A stretch of 23,808 nt of DNA from Candidatus Methylomirabilis sp. Lineage in GTDB: Bacteria; Methylomirabilota; Methylomirabilia; Methylomirabilales; Methylomirabilaceae. Below the pieces are notes generated by a model. The model made no database searches. It saw nothing but the letters and a program-made list of their open reading frames with translations, and was not told where the DNA came from. The position numbers and the translations under genes were made by a program. The stretch is from NCBI GenBank assembly GCA_041498975.1, contig JBGQJI010000031.1:1-23808 (forward strand), read 5' to 3'. This document shows, one piece after another, positions 1-7,858 of this stretch (position 1 is the stretch's first letter; the number at the start of each line of letters is the position of its first letter).

Positions 1-564
1 GTTGAGCGCCGTGTCGTCCGAAACCAGCGACTCGACGCCAATCAGTATCAGGTGACGACGCAGATTTTCCAGATCACGACACTGAGGGCCGGAGCGGTTA
101 CACGGCTTCGGATCGACCCCGTGATGCGCCTGGTTGCCACGGACATCAAAGTCACTCGCGGCCAACTTCCCGGGCCACAGCACATTCGGCGCCCAAGACG
201 GAGGACCGGAACTGGCGGAGGGACTACGGGAGGCCACGTCTTGCGCGAGGTCACGATCAGTAGCGATCCAGACGCGATCGACGTGCAGATCAGCGATACC
301 AACCTCACCGAGGCACTGGCGGACCAGCTCGTCGGCCAGTTCTCTGCCGCGTCCGGCCTGTGGCGGCACGAGGTCAGCATCGATCATCTGGCCTTACCCT
401 TCCTCTCGAAGGGAAAGATCCTCGGGTGGAAGGAGGCTCTTTCAGGGCTTCCTGATGCCCTACCGAATGCGCTCATTTTCAGCCGGCGGCTCGATTACGA
501 CGAGGGCACAGAGTCGCCGAGTTTTCGCGAGACGCTCGGCCTCGTTTGGTGGGGGCCCCAATGA
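1..564 (+). CDS. Hypothetical protein, 5'-partial (possibly phage structural)
   Basis: The frame of ORF 52..564 is open back to base 1 (VERRVVRNQRLDANQYQVTTQIF...); beta-rich sequence with a Gly/Thr linker; no motif recognised. Confidence 0.6.
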   Translation, partial: VERRVVRNQRLDANQYQVTTQIFQITTLRAGAVTRLRIDPVMRLVATDIKVTRGQLPGPQHIRRPRRRTGTGGGTTGGHVLREVTISSDPDAIDVQISDTNLTEALADQLVGQFSAASGLWRHEVSIDHLALPFLSKGKILGWKEALSGLPDALPNALIFSRRLDYDEGTESPSFRETLGLVWWGPQ

Positions 565-828
565 TCGGACGGACTCGGGCGATCGGCGAACGGGTAACTC
601 CATCGTTGCCCCACGGGTCGCGGCGCTTCGTGAGGCGCTCGAAAACTTGTAAGCATCCTGGCCCGCGCCCAAGCGTTCGCCGCGCTCCAAGCGAGGGTCA
701 GGGAGTTGGGGGAACGTGTCCTCCTCCCTCCACTGGAGCCGACCGGCCAGGGGGGAGAGTGGCAGCTCCCCCTTGGCCGCCGGCTCTGCGTCACGAGCAT
801 GAAGGCCCCGTTCAACAAGGAGGTGGAT

Positions 829-1086
829 ATGACCAAACGAGCCGTTGAGAAAATGCACATGATTAGCGTCGGGTTGTCTAGCGCCGACCGGGACCGGGCG
901 CGAGAGGTTGCAGCGGATGAGGGTCGCACTCTCAGTGGACTCATTCGCTTTGCGGTCAGCACATACTGTCGCCGGTACACAGACGGACGGCCAGCAGATC
1001 GCCCGGGCGGTCAGAAGGCTAAGAAGGCGGAACGCCCTGGCCGCCGGGGATCCAGAGATCGGCGTGCAGGCGCGGCGGGTCGATGA
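829..1086 (+). CDS. Ribbon-helix-helix (CopG/Arc-like) DNA-binding protein
   Basis: RBS AAGGAGGT before ATG 829; MISVGLSSADRDRAREVAADEGRTLSGLIRFAV fits the strand-helix-G-x-T/S-helix RHH pattern. Confidence 0.7.
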   Translation: MTKRAVEKMHMISVGLSSADRDRAREVAADEGRTLSGLIRFAVSTYCRRYTDGRPADRPGGQKAKKAERPGRRGSRDRRAGAAGR

Positions 1087-1262
1087 GCGAGCCTGTGCGA
1101 TGTATGAACCACATCGAGAGCGGCGAGGGCGATTTTTTCTGCAAGCTCTCGCACGGCCACGACGGGGATCATGAGGATACTCAGCAAGCCGTGGAGTCAG
1201 TCGATGACGTGGAAGGGCAGCCGTTCACGTCTAAGACGTTCCGGGTGACGTGGGGCCGATGA
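1083..1262 (+). CDS. 59-aa Cys/His microprotein (CxLxxGHxGxH motif); absent from the ORF track
   Basis: ATGA overlaps at both ends; MSEPVRCMNHIESGEGDFFCKLSHGHDGDHEDTQQAVESVDDVEGQPFTSKTFRVTWGR. Confidence 0.65.
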   Translation: MSEPVRCMNHIESGEGDFFCKLSHGHDGDHEDTQQAVESVDDVEGQPFTSKTFRVTWGR

Positions 1263-1435
1263 GCAGCCGAGTCGAGGAGCGGGTGTCACCTGGCCGGCCG
1301 TCTCTGGCCAGAAAGCCGGGCTGGCCGAAACCGGTTCCTCTCTCGTGGAGCTGTCCAGCCTGTGGCAGCGTCTTCCTGACGCCTGAGCTGAACCCGCGTT
1401 GTGCCGCCTGCGGGTTCCTTGAGAGCGGATCATGA
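1259..1435 (+). CDS. 58-aa zinc-ribbon microprotein
   Basis: ATGA coupling to the upstream stop; CPACG...CAACG. Confidence 0.6.
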   Translation: MSSRVEERVSPGRPSLARKPGWPKPVPLSWSCPACGSVFLTPELNPRCAACGFLESGS

Positions 1436-1556
1436 GGGTTCAGACCGGCTCTAGGATGCCCTGCCAGTCGCCGGAAAGGCACCTAAGAGCGTCACGTTAC
1501 ACTTTCCAGGATATACGGGCTCTGCCGGAGAGAAACGCCTGCTTGGTGAGGCTGAC

Positions 1557-2366
1557 ATGGTAGCCGACAACCAGACGAGTCAGAGGACCTGCAGCGGCTG
1601 CGGGAAATCCCTCGAGGGGCGTCGCTCTCAGACGGAGTCATGTTCCGCCGCCTGCCGGATGAAAGCCCATCGAAGGGACAACCCCCACGTCCCGGCCGGG
1701 CCACCGCTCCGGGACCTGATTAACGCCTACCGGGAGAAACTCCAGAAAAAGACCCCCAGGGCCAGCGAGAGCTTCGCCAAGATTGCTCAGGCACTCGCGG
1801 AGGGGCGCGAGCCGCTCGCTGGCCGGCGGATCTTGACGATTACGGCTATAGAGTGGGAACGGTGGCTCGCCAGGGCGACCGAAGGCATGGCCGACTCAAC
1901 GAAAGGTTTCTGGCGTCGCTATCTCCACGCGATGCTGAAGGGCACGCCGCACTTCCTGGCCGACCCCGCACCACGGGCACCGCGCTCTCCGGTCGATCGG
2001 GCAGCATCTCACGCCGCGCTATTGGCCGGCGGCGCCAGACCCCAAAGAGAGCGCCCTAGACTCGTGGTCGAGCTGGTCGCCCTCGGATTCTATCCTCGGG
2101 AGATCCAGACGCTCAGCCTCGATGAAGCAGGCCAGGCCCAGGGCCCTGCCGCGTGGGACCGCCACTCAAGGCCAGAGATTCCGCCGGAGTTCCAGGAGCG
2201 ACTTCGCGCCTTCGCCTTGGCGAAAGGGATTCCCCCAGGAAAGCCGATCCTCGGGATCTCCCGATCTGCAATTACGGAGGTCGTCAGGCGTACCATTCAG
2301 AAGGCGAGCCAACCCGCTTCAGCGCAGGGTTTGGCCGAGAAAGAAGGCTTGACAGGATCGCGGTGA
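1557..2366 (+). CDS. Zn-finger fused to a degenerate tyrosine-recombinase-like domain
   Basis: N-terminal CSGC...CSAACR; core-binding-like segment ITAIEWERWL...GMADSTKGFWRRYLHAML; box-I-like LGFYPREIQTL with Tyr in place of the catalytic Arg; ends before any HxxR/Y motif. Confidence 0.6.
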   Translation: MVADNQTSQRTCSGCGKSLEGRRSQTESCSAACRMKAHRRDNPHVPAGPPLRDLINAYREKLQKKTPRASESFAKIAQALAEGREPLAGRRILTITAIEWERWLARATEGMADSTKGFWRRYLHAMLKGTPHFLADPAPRAPRSPVDRAASHAALLAGGARPQRERPRLVVELVALGFYPREIQTLSLDEAGQAQGPAAWDRHSRPEIPPEFQERLRAFALAKGIPPGKPILGISRSAITEVVRRTIQKASQPASAQGLAEKEGLTGSR

Positions 2367-2463
2367 CCGATGGATATTGTGAGCGATTTTGGCCTGAAGG
2401 GATTGGAAGAAGATTCTCGGATAGGAGCATCCGAAAGTCCGGTACGCCGCCTAGGAGGTAGGT

Positions 2464-3207
2464 ATGCACTGCGAATGGAAGGTGGGGTACGTACTTCGAA
2501 AACCAATTCCCATCACCGGAGTCCCTCATGGATATCCGCAACTTGGACTGACCGTCATAGCAGGAACTGACGGCATCTTGGAATACCATCACACATTCTC
2601 TGCGCCCGATGAACTACAGCACGAAGGCGTTCTCGCGGAGTCTCAGCGGAGGTTGGCATTGTTTGTGGAGTATCTCGAATACCGTTACGGCATTCCGATA
2701 GAGGTCCAGCAGTGGACGACAGAAAAGGTTCCGGTCGATGCGTCAATGGCGGCCAAGAAGACAGGTAGCGGTGGCTTCGACATGGGCGTGGCGTTAGTGC
2801 GTTCCGTAGAGCTGCCGTCGGAGTCAATGCTCCTCGATTCTCGCCCCCGACTTCTCAGCTACTTGCGGTTCGCGAATGATGCGAAGCGCGCGCCGGACGC
2901 TGATGCCGTCAAGGGCTACTTCATGATCTGGGAAGATTTGCATAGGGGTAAAGACATGGCCACATGGCCACTCGATGCTGTCCGGCTCAAATACTGCCGC
3001 CACTTCGTCAGTCATGGAAAACCGCTGGGCGATCCCGGCCTCGTCACATACTTGGAATCTTCGCTCGGAAAGGGTGTAATACAGTTTGACCCTGTCAACG
3101 ACCAGCATCGCAAGTTCGTTAGGGAACATCGAAGAATGGGACGTGCCCTCATTGAGGCGGAAATCGAACAGTTCATCTCGAAGACCCCAATTCCGGCTGA
3201 CCTATAA
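2464..3207 (+). CDS. Putative HEPN-domain (ApeA/MauJ-like) RNase; candidate defence or toxin protein
   Basis: RBS AGGAGGT; beta-rich N-terminus then a helical C-terminus containing LKYCRHFVSHG (R-x4-H); visibly more AT-rich than its flanks. Confidence 0.6.
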   Translation: MHCEWKVGYVLRKPIPITGVPHGYPQLGLTVIAGTDGILEYHHTFSAPDELQHEGVLAESQRRLALFVEYLEYRYGIPIEVQQWTTEKVPVDASMAAKKTGSGGFDMGVALVRSVELPSESMLLDSRPRLLSYLRFANDAKRAPDADAVKGYFMIWEDLHRGKDMATWPLDAVRLKYCRHFVSHGKPLGDPGLVTYLESSLGKGVIQFDPVNDQHRKFVREHRRMGRALIEAEIEQFISKTPIPADL

Positions 3208-3253
3208 TTAGATTCGGAGGCCAAAGAAGCCGCTCCCAGGCGGCAGATTTCAC

Positions 3254-3282
3254 TTGACAACCTGTTCCCACTAACCTATATT
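3254..3282 (+). promoter_or_regulatory. Sigma70-type promoter
   Basis: TTGACA (3254-3259), 17 bp, TATATT (3277-3282), upstream of RBS GGAGGT and GTG 3310. Confidence 0.7.
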
Positions 3283-3309
3283 CCTTTATAGAAGGAGAGG
3301 AGGTAAGCC

Positions 3310-3489
3310 GTGCCAACCGTCAAGTTGGTGTTCGACATTGACGAGGATCTCCGGAACCGTTTCAAGGCGCAGGTGGCGCTCGCAGGGGGTACGATCAAGG
3401 ACGTGCTGACGCGAATGGTTGAAGAGTACCTACAGGAGCTGAAGAAAGGAGGGGGAGCAGCCCGACCCCCACGAAGAACGAGGAGCTGA
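3310..3489 (+). CDS. 59-aa ParG-like ribbon-helix-helix protein; absent from the ORF track
   Basis: Strong RBS and promoter; MPTVKLVFDIDEDLRNRFKAQVALAGGTIKDVLTRMVEEYL matches the ParG/RHH pattern. Confidence 0.8.
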   Translation: MPTVKLVFDIDEDLRNRFKAQVALAGGTIKDVLTRMVEEYLQELKKGGGAARPPRRTRS

Positions 3490-3604
3490 CCTGCGCAAAC
3501 AGGCCAGCCCCTCTGAGCAAGCCCCGCCGGCCAGGAACGCGCCCCGGTCGGTGAGCGACTTGCCTCTGCGGATTGTAGCATGAGCGCGAGAGGAGGCAAG
3601 AACC

Positions 3605-3937
3605 ATGAAGAGTCAGATCTCCCGCCAGACTGAAAGAGGCGACCGCCCAGGGGTTGCTCTCGCCCGGATCCAGCCCACCGCTGCACCGACCCAGCACAAA
3701 GGCCGAATCCTCACGGCCGAGGAGCGGTACTCCAGGCGGATTGACGCCCTCCGTACCCTCGAGGCCATGCTCCTCCAGTATGCCAACAGCTTGCAGAGTC
3801 CGAACGAGAACGTACTCGGCAGCGCGTCGGGCGTCATTGCGGAAGCCTTAGAGACCTTTGAGGAGCTCGAACTCCTCGAACTCATGGGCGACCGTGACGC
3901 AGCCAGAGAGGCGCCCGGGTCCGGTGTGGAGGGCTGA
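3605..3937 (+). CDS. Hypothetical helical protein
   Basis: RBS GAGGAGG; ATG start; stop lies 2 bp before the next gene. Confidence 0.6.
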   Translation: MKSQISRQTERGDRPGVALARIQPTAAPTQHKGRILTAEERYSRRIDALRTLEAMLLQYANSLQSPNENVLGSASGVIAEALETFEELELLELMGDRDAAREAPGSGVEG

Positions 3938-3939
3938 GC

Positions 3940-4454
3940 ATGGGGACCTTCACTCCGGTACAGCACGAAGAAGTCCAGCGGACATCGCTACCCGTCCAAA
4001 CAAATCAATTGGACAGGGATCTTGAGAGCCTCCATAACACGTTCCTGGAATTCATGGGGGCGGAGCGCGGCATCAGCGACCTCACCCTGTATGGCTACAG
4101 TACTGACTTCGTCCGATTCGTGACCTTTCTCCGCGAGCGGGCCGAGCCGCTAGAGCTCCGATCCTTCACGGCGGAGGTGATTCGAGACCACCAGCTCGCG
4201 CTCTCAAGGCATGTGACGAGTAGAGGCGGCGGTCTCAGGAGGTTATCTCCCATTACCATAAAACGACACCTCGCCAGCCTGTCGAGTTTTGGGGAGTGGC
4301 TGGTCATGTCGAAGCATCTCCAGGTCAATCCGGTCAAGAACCCGATTCGGCCCGAACGCCGGGGAACGAACTGGTCTACGTGCAGAGCCGCCCCGCGCAG
4401 TTGAAGGCCACGGTGGACGGGCTTAGGTACGGCCAAGAGGCGCCGCGAGCGTGA
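3940..4454 (+). pseudogene. XerC/D-like recombinase with the catalytic domain deleted
   Basis: SAM-like N-domain (FLEFMGAERGISDLTLYGYSTDF...LSPITIKRHLASLSSF...NP), in-frame stop at 4404; the -1 frame 4371-4454 gives LVYVQSRPAQLKATVDGL, resembling the catalytic-Tyr tail. Confidence 0.7.
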
Positions 4455-4543
4455 CGCCACGAAGGAGAGAAAGCGCGGTTGTGGCCTGCGGATTGCACCA
4501 AAGCCACCCAACGGCGATCAGTGCCGGAGGGAGAGGCTTAGAG

Positions 4544-5179
4544 ATGAGCGAAGCGACGTGTCCAAAGTGCGGCTGGGTAATCGGTGAGGCCAAGAGGTGC
4601 GAGCGGTGCGGCTTTCGATTCGATCTCTGGGTTCGCCCTGCCCGCTTGACACAGTCTCCTAGACCGTCTACCCCCCACGCCCAGGACATGACGTGGCCGA
4701 AGGCGTTCCGAGCAGCACTGGCCTCCTTAATCCCAAAGTCACTGAGAGGTCTTGGACCAGAGGTAGCTGAAACCATCAGAACACGTTGGTGGGGCTTTCC
4801 AGTGCTCCTGCTAGCGTCGGTGATCATGGTAGGGCAATTGCTGTGGCTCTTCGACCCAAGCACTCGCACGTCGTCGATCAGTAGGTCTGGCCGCCCAATC
4901 TATTCTGGCGAAAAGGCAAGGTTGCAGATTGAAGGTGTAGAGTCGATTGGAGTGGCTATCGACGGGGAGGCATTCGACGAGCTAATTCAGGCCAGGATCG
5001 CGCATGACACCTACGGAATCCTGGAGCTGATGCTCTCAGGCAGAGTGTTCACGATTGAGAATAGCACCATGGCACTTGTGCTTGATGGAGGACTCTTTAA
5101 GACGAGGGTAAGAATTTTGAATGGCAGGGGCCAAGGGAAGGCGGGTTGGGTTCCAAGTGAGTGGGTGAGGCAACCGTAG
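4544..5179 (+). CDS. Membrane protein: double Zn ribbon, one TM helix and an SH3-like C-terminal domain (alternative GTG start at 4451)
   Basis: CPKC...CERC; hydrophobic WWGFPVLLLASVIMVGQLLWLF; C-terminal GKAGWVPSEWV; purine-rich RBS before ATG 4544. Confidence 0.7.
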   Translation: MSEATCPKCGWVIGEAKRCERCGFRFDLWVRPARLTQSPRPSTPHAQDMTWPKAFRAALASLIPKSLRGLGPEVAETIRTRWWGFPVLLLASVIMVGQLLWLFDPSTRTSSISRSGRPIYSGEKARLQIEGVESIGVAIDGEAFDELIQARIAHDTYGILELMLSGRVFTIENSTMALVLDGGLFKTRVRILNGRGQGKAGWVPSEWVRQP

Positions 5180-5190
5180 AGGAGGAGTGA

Positions 5191-6450
5191 ATGGGCGCGA
5201 GAGTAAAGAAACGAGGCGGGTCCTGGACCGTCTACAGCTACTTCCAGGGCCAGCGAAAGGCGAAAGCCTGTGGGACCAGGGACGAGGCCGAGCGGATCGC
5301 CAAGGAGATCCGGCTTGAGCAGGCCCGGGGAGCTTTTGGACTCCATGCACCCAACGAGACAAAGGCCGCCACCTTTCAAGAGGCCGCTGAGGAGTGGCTT
5401 GAGCGCTACGCGAAGCGCCACTGCCGACCGAGCACCTACGAGGGCTACGCCCGGCTGCTTCGCCAGCAGGTGTTTCCGCTCTTCGGGGCGACGCCCTTTG
5501 AGGCCGTGACCCGGCGCGATGTGGAGACGCTCGCCAACAGCATGGCCGACAAGGGGCTGAGCAAGAGCACGACCCGCTTCTGCGTCGGGGCCGTCAGGGG
5601 GATCTACAACGATGCGATTGATCATGGGGCGACGCTCATCAATCCGGCGGCCAGACCAGGGAAGTTCCTTAGGGACAAGGCCGACCGTCGCCTCAAGATT
5701 ATTCCGTTGACGACAGAGGAAGTCCGTCGCCTCCTCGAAGCAGCGCAGGAGATCGACCAGGAGCGGTCAGAGCGCCAGGTGAAAGAGGTTTCGCCCTCGT
5801 ACCATCTCTTTCTGCTGACGGACGTGCGAACAGGGCTTCGCCTGGGTGAACTGATGGGCCTCTGGTGGGGGGATCTCGATTTCCACGGTCGCTTCATCGA
5901 AGTGAAGCGACAATGGAATCGCGGGGCCTACTCGCCGACCAAGAGTGGGCGCCTTCGGCGCGTGGAAGTGGCGATCGAGGGACGAGAGCTTGACCCGGAG
6001 GAGCCGGTATTTCGGAGTAGCGTCGGGGGGCCGCTCCATGAGGTCAACGTGCGCCGACGACTGCTGGCTCCGTGTCTTGAACGGGCCGGCCTCCGGCAGA
6101 TCCACCCCCACGTCCTCCGTCATACCTTCGCGTCGCTGCTGCTCAGCAACGGCGAGCCCATCACCTACGTCAAGGAGCAGCTCGGTCACGCCTCGATTCA
6201 GTTGACGGTCGATACCTACGGCCACCTGATCCCGGGGGCGAACAAGGCGGCCGTGGATCGGCTGGATGAGGCTGAGCGTGTCAGTCCTGCAACCAACAGG
6301 CGGGCAACATCCGCAGAGGGGCGTGGCATCAGCGGGGTTGTGCAGGAGGTGGAACCATCGGGATTCGTTGAGCAGGAAGGTGGTGACCCGTCGGGGACTC
6401 GAACCCCGGACTCCCTGCTTAAAAGGCAGGAGCTCTACCGACTGAGCTAA
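5191..6450 (+). CDS. int: Phage-type tyrosine integrase
   Basis: RBS GAGGAGG; arm-binding and core domains; RTGLRLGEL, PTKSG, HVLRH, LGH and TYGH catalytic motifs. Confidence 0.93.
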   Translation: MGARVKKRGGSWTVYSYFQGQRKAKACGTRDEAERIAKEIRLEQARGAFGLHAPNETKAATFQEAAEEWLERYAKRHCRPSTYEGYARLLRQQVFPLFGATPFEAVTRRDVETLANSMADKGLSKSTTRFCVGAVRGIYNDAIDHGATLINPAARPGKFLRDKADRRLKIIPLTTEEVRRLLEAAQEIDQERSERQVKEVSPSYHLFLLTDVRTGLRLGELMGLWWGDLDFHGRFIEVKRQWNRGAYSPTKSGRLRRVEVAIEGRELDPEEPVFRSSVGGPLHEVNVRRRLLAPCLERAGLRQIHPHVLRHTFASLLLSNGEPITYVKEQLGHASIQLTVDTYGHLIPGANKAAVDRLDEAERVSPATNRRATSAEGRGISGVVQEVEPSGFVEQEGGDPSGTRTPDSLLKRQELYRLS

Positions 6451-6456
6451 CGGGTC
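6381..6456 (-). tRNA. tRNA-Lys(TTT), integration target
   Basis: GACCCGTTAGCTCAGTCGGTAGAGC-T-CCTGC-CTTTTAA-GCAGG...GGTTCGAGTCC...CGGGTC-ACCA; 76-nt cloverleaf. Confidence 0.97.
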
Positions 6457-6495
6457 GAAGGAGTGTGAACAGTGGCGAAGGACGTGTCAGAAAGA

Positions 6496-6524
6496 AGCTT
6501 ATCTCAGCACCATTCTTGGGTCAA
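6496..6524 (-). promoter_or_regulatory. Probable tRNA-Lys promoter
   Basis: TTGACC, 17 bp, TAAGCT on the minus strand, ~40 bp upstream of the tRNA. Confidence 0.5.
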
Positions 6525-6547
6525 CTTGAAAAGCTCATCGAACGGCG

Positions 6548-7858
6548 TTAACGCGCCAGGCCCCATCGCCGCATCGCCGGCGTCGGTCGCAGGATCGTCT
6601 GGTCGCGTCGGGGTCCGGTGGAGATGAGCCCGACCTCGACGCCGGTCAGCCGCTCAAGCCGCTCCACATACTCTCGGCATCGGCCCGGCAGACGATCGTA
6701 CGAGGTGATGCCGGAGATGCTCTCGTTCCAGCCCGGCAACTCTTCATAGGTCGGCGCGCACTCCTTCAGCAGACCCGTCTCGTTCGGGAACTCCAGGAGA
6801 ATCTCGCCCTTCCGGCGATAGCTGGTGCAGATCCGGATCGGATCGAAGGCGTCCAGGACATCCAACTTCATGAGGGCCAGAGCCGAAAGCCCGTTGACCC
6901 TGGCACTGTAGCGGACGGCCACTGCGTCGAACCAGCCGCAGCGCCTCGGCCGTCCCGTCGTGGCCCCGAACTCCTGCCCTCGCTCCCGAAGCGTCTCGCC
7001 GGTCGCATCGGTCAGCTCTGTAGGGAACGGGCCCTCGCCGACGCGCGTGGTATAGGCCTTGGTCACGCCGAGGATGCCGTCGATTGCCAAAGGACTGACC
7101 CCGGTCCCGGTGCAGGCGCCGCCGGCCGTTGCGCTGGATGACGTCACGAAGGGGTAGGTCCCGAGATCGACGTCGAGGAGGGTCCCCTGCGCCCCTTCGA
7201 ACAGGATGCTCTTGCCGCCCCTGATCAGATCGTGAATGATGAGAGAGCTGTCCACCACGAAGCCGCGGACGCGCTCGAACTTCTCGAGTTGCTCCGCTGC
7301 CGTCTTTTCGATATCCAGCTCCCCCAGTGCCTGGTTGTGCGAGAACTGGGCTCGCTTTTCCTCCAGGTTGGCGAGGAGTCGCTCCCTGAAAAGCGCGGGG
7401 TTGGTGAGGTCGCCGACGCGGATGCCCGTCCTCGCCATCTTGTCCACGTAGGCCGGCCCTATCCCTCGTCCGGTGGTCCCGATCCGCTGCCCGCCGCGGC
7501 GCCGCTCCAGCTCGGAGTCCAGGATCTTGTGATAGGGGAGCACCAAGTGCGCGTTCTTGCTGATGAAGAAATTCTCTTCGATCTTCACGCGCAGCTTGTT
7601 GAGCTGCTCCATTTCCTGGGTCAGGGCCAACAGGTCGATCACGACCCCGTTGCCCAGGATGCAGACCTTTCCCTTCCGGAGCACCCCTGACGGGACCAGG
7701 TGTAGCACGATCTTCTCTTCCGCCACCACGACCGTGTGGCCGGCGTTGGCACCCCCCTGGTACCGCGCCACGGCATCGAAATGCTCCGAGAGGAGATCGA
7801 CGACCTTCCCCTTTCCTTCGTCGCCCCACTGTGTCCCGACAACGATCACATTGGCCAT
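6548..7858 (-). CDS. purA: Adenylosuccinate synthetase
   Basis: QWGDEGKGK, GGANAGHT, IGTTGRGIGPAY, EGAQG and TTGRPRRCGW motifs; ATG at 7858. Confidence 0.98.
   Translation of the reverse strand: MANVIVVGTQWGDEGKGKVVDLLSEHFDAVARYQGGANAGHTVVVAEEKIVLHLVPSGVLRKGKVCILGNGVVIDLLALTQEMEQLNKLRVKIEENFFISKNAHLVLPYHKILDSELERRRGGQRIGTTGRGIGPAYVDKMARTGIRVGDLTNPALFRERLLANLEEKRAQFSHNQALGELDIEKTAAEQLEKFERVRGFVVDSSLIIHDLIRGGKSILFEGAQGTLLDVDLGTYPFVTSSSATAGGACTGTGVSPLAIDGILGVTKAYTTRVGEGPFPTELTDATGETLRERGQEFGATTGRPRRCGWFDAVAVRYSARVNGLSALALMKLDVLDAFDPIRICTSYRRKGEILLEFPNETGLLKECAPTYEELPGWNESISGITSYDRLPGRCREYVERLERLTGVEVGLISTGPRRDQTILRPTPAMRRWGLAR

Larger units (their letters stand above)
1..6380. mobile_element. 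Integrative element (prophage/satellite/island) end, inserted at the 3' end of tRNA-Lys; the other end lies outside the window
   Basis: Tyrosine integrase abuts and overlaps the tRNA 3' end; co-oriented small hypothetical, RHH and Zn-finger ORFs plus recombinase remnants; housekeeping genes begin immediately beyond the tRNA. Confidence 0.85.

Noticed and set aside
546..848. ATGA-coupled ORF starting at 561
   Set aside because: Low-complexity Pro/Gly/Arg product with no motif, overlapping the RBS and start of the RHH gene
2464..3489. HEPN plus RHH as a type II toxin-antitoxin pair
   Set aside because: The RHH gene is ~100 bp downstream with its own promoter and leads a different gene run; there is no coupling
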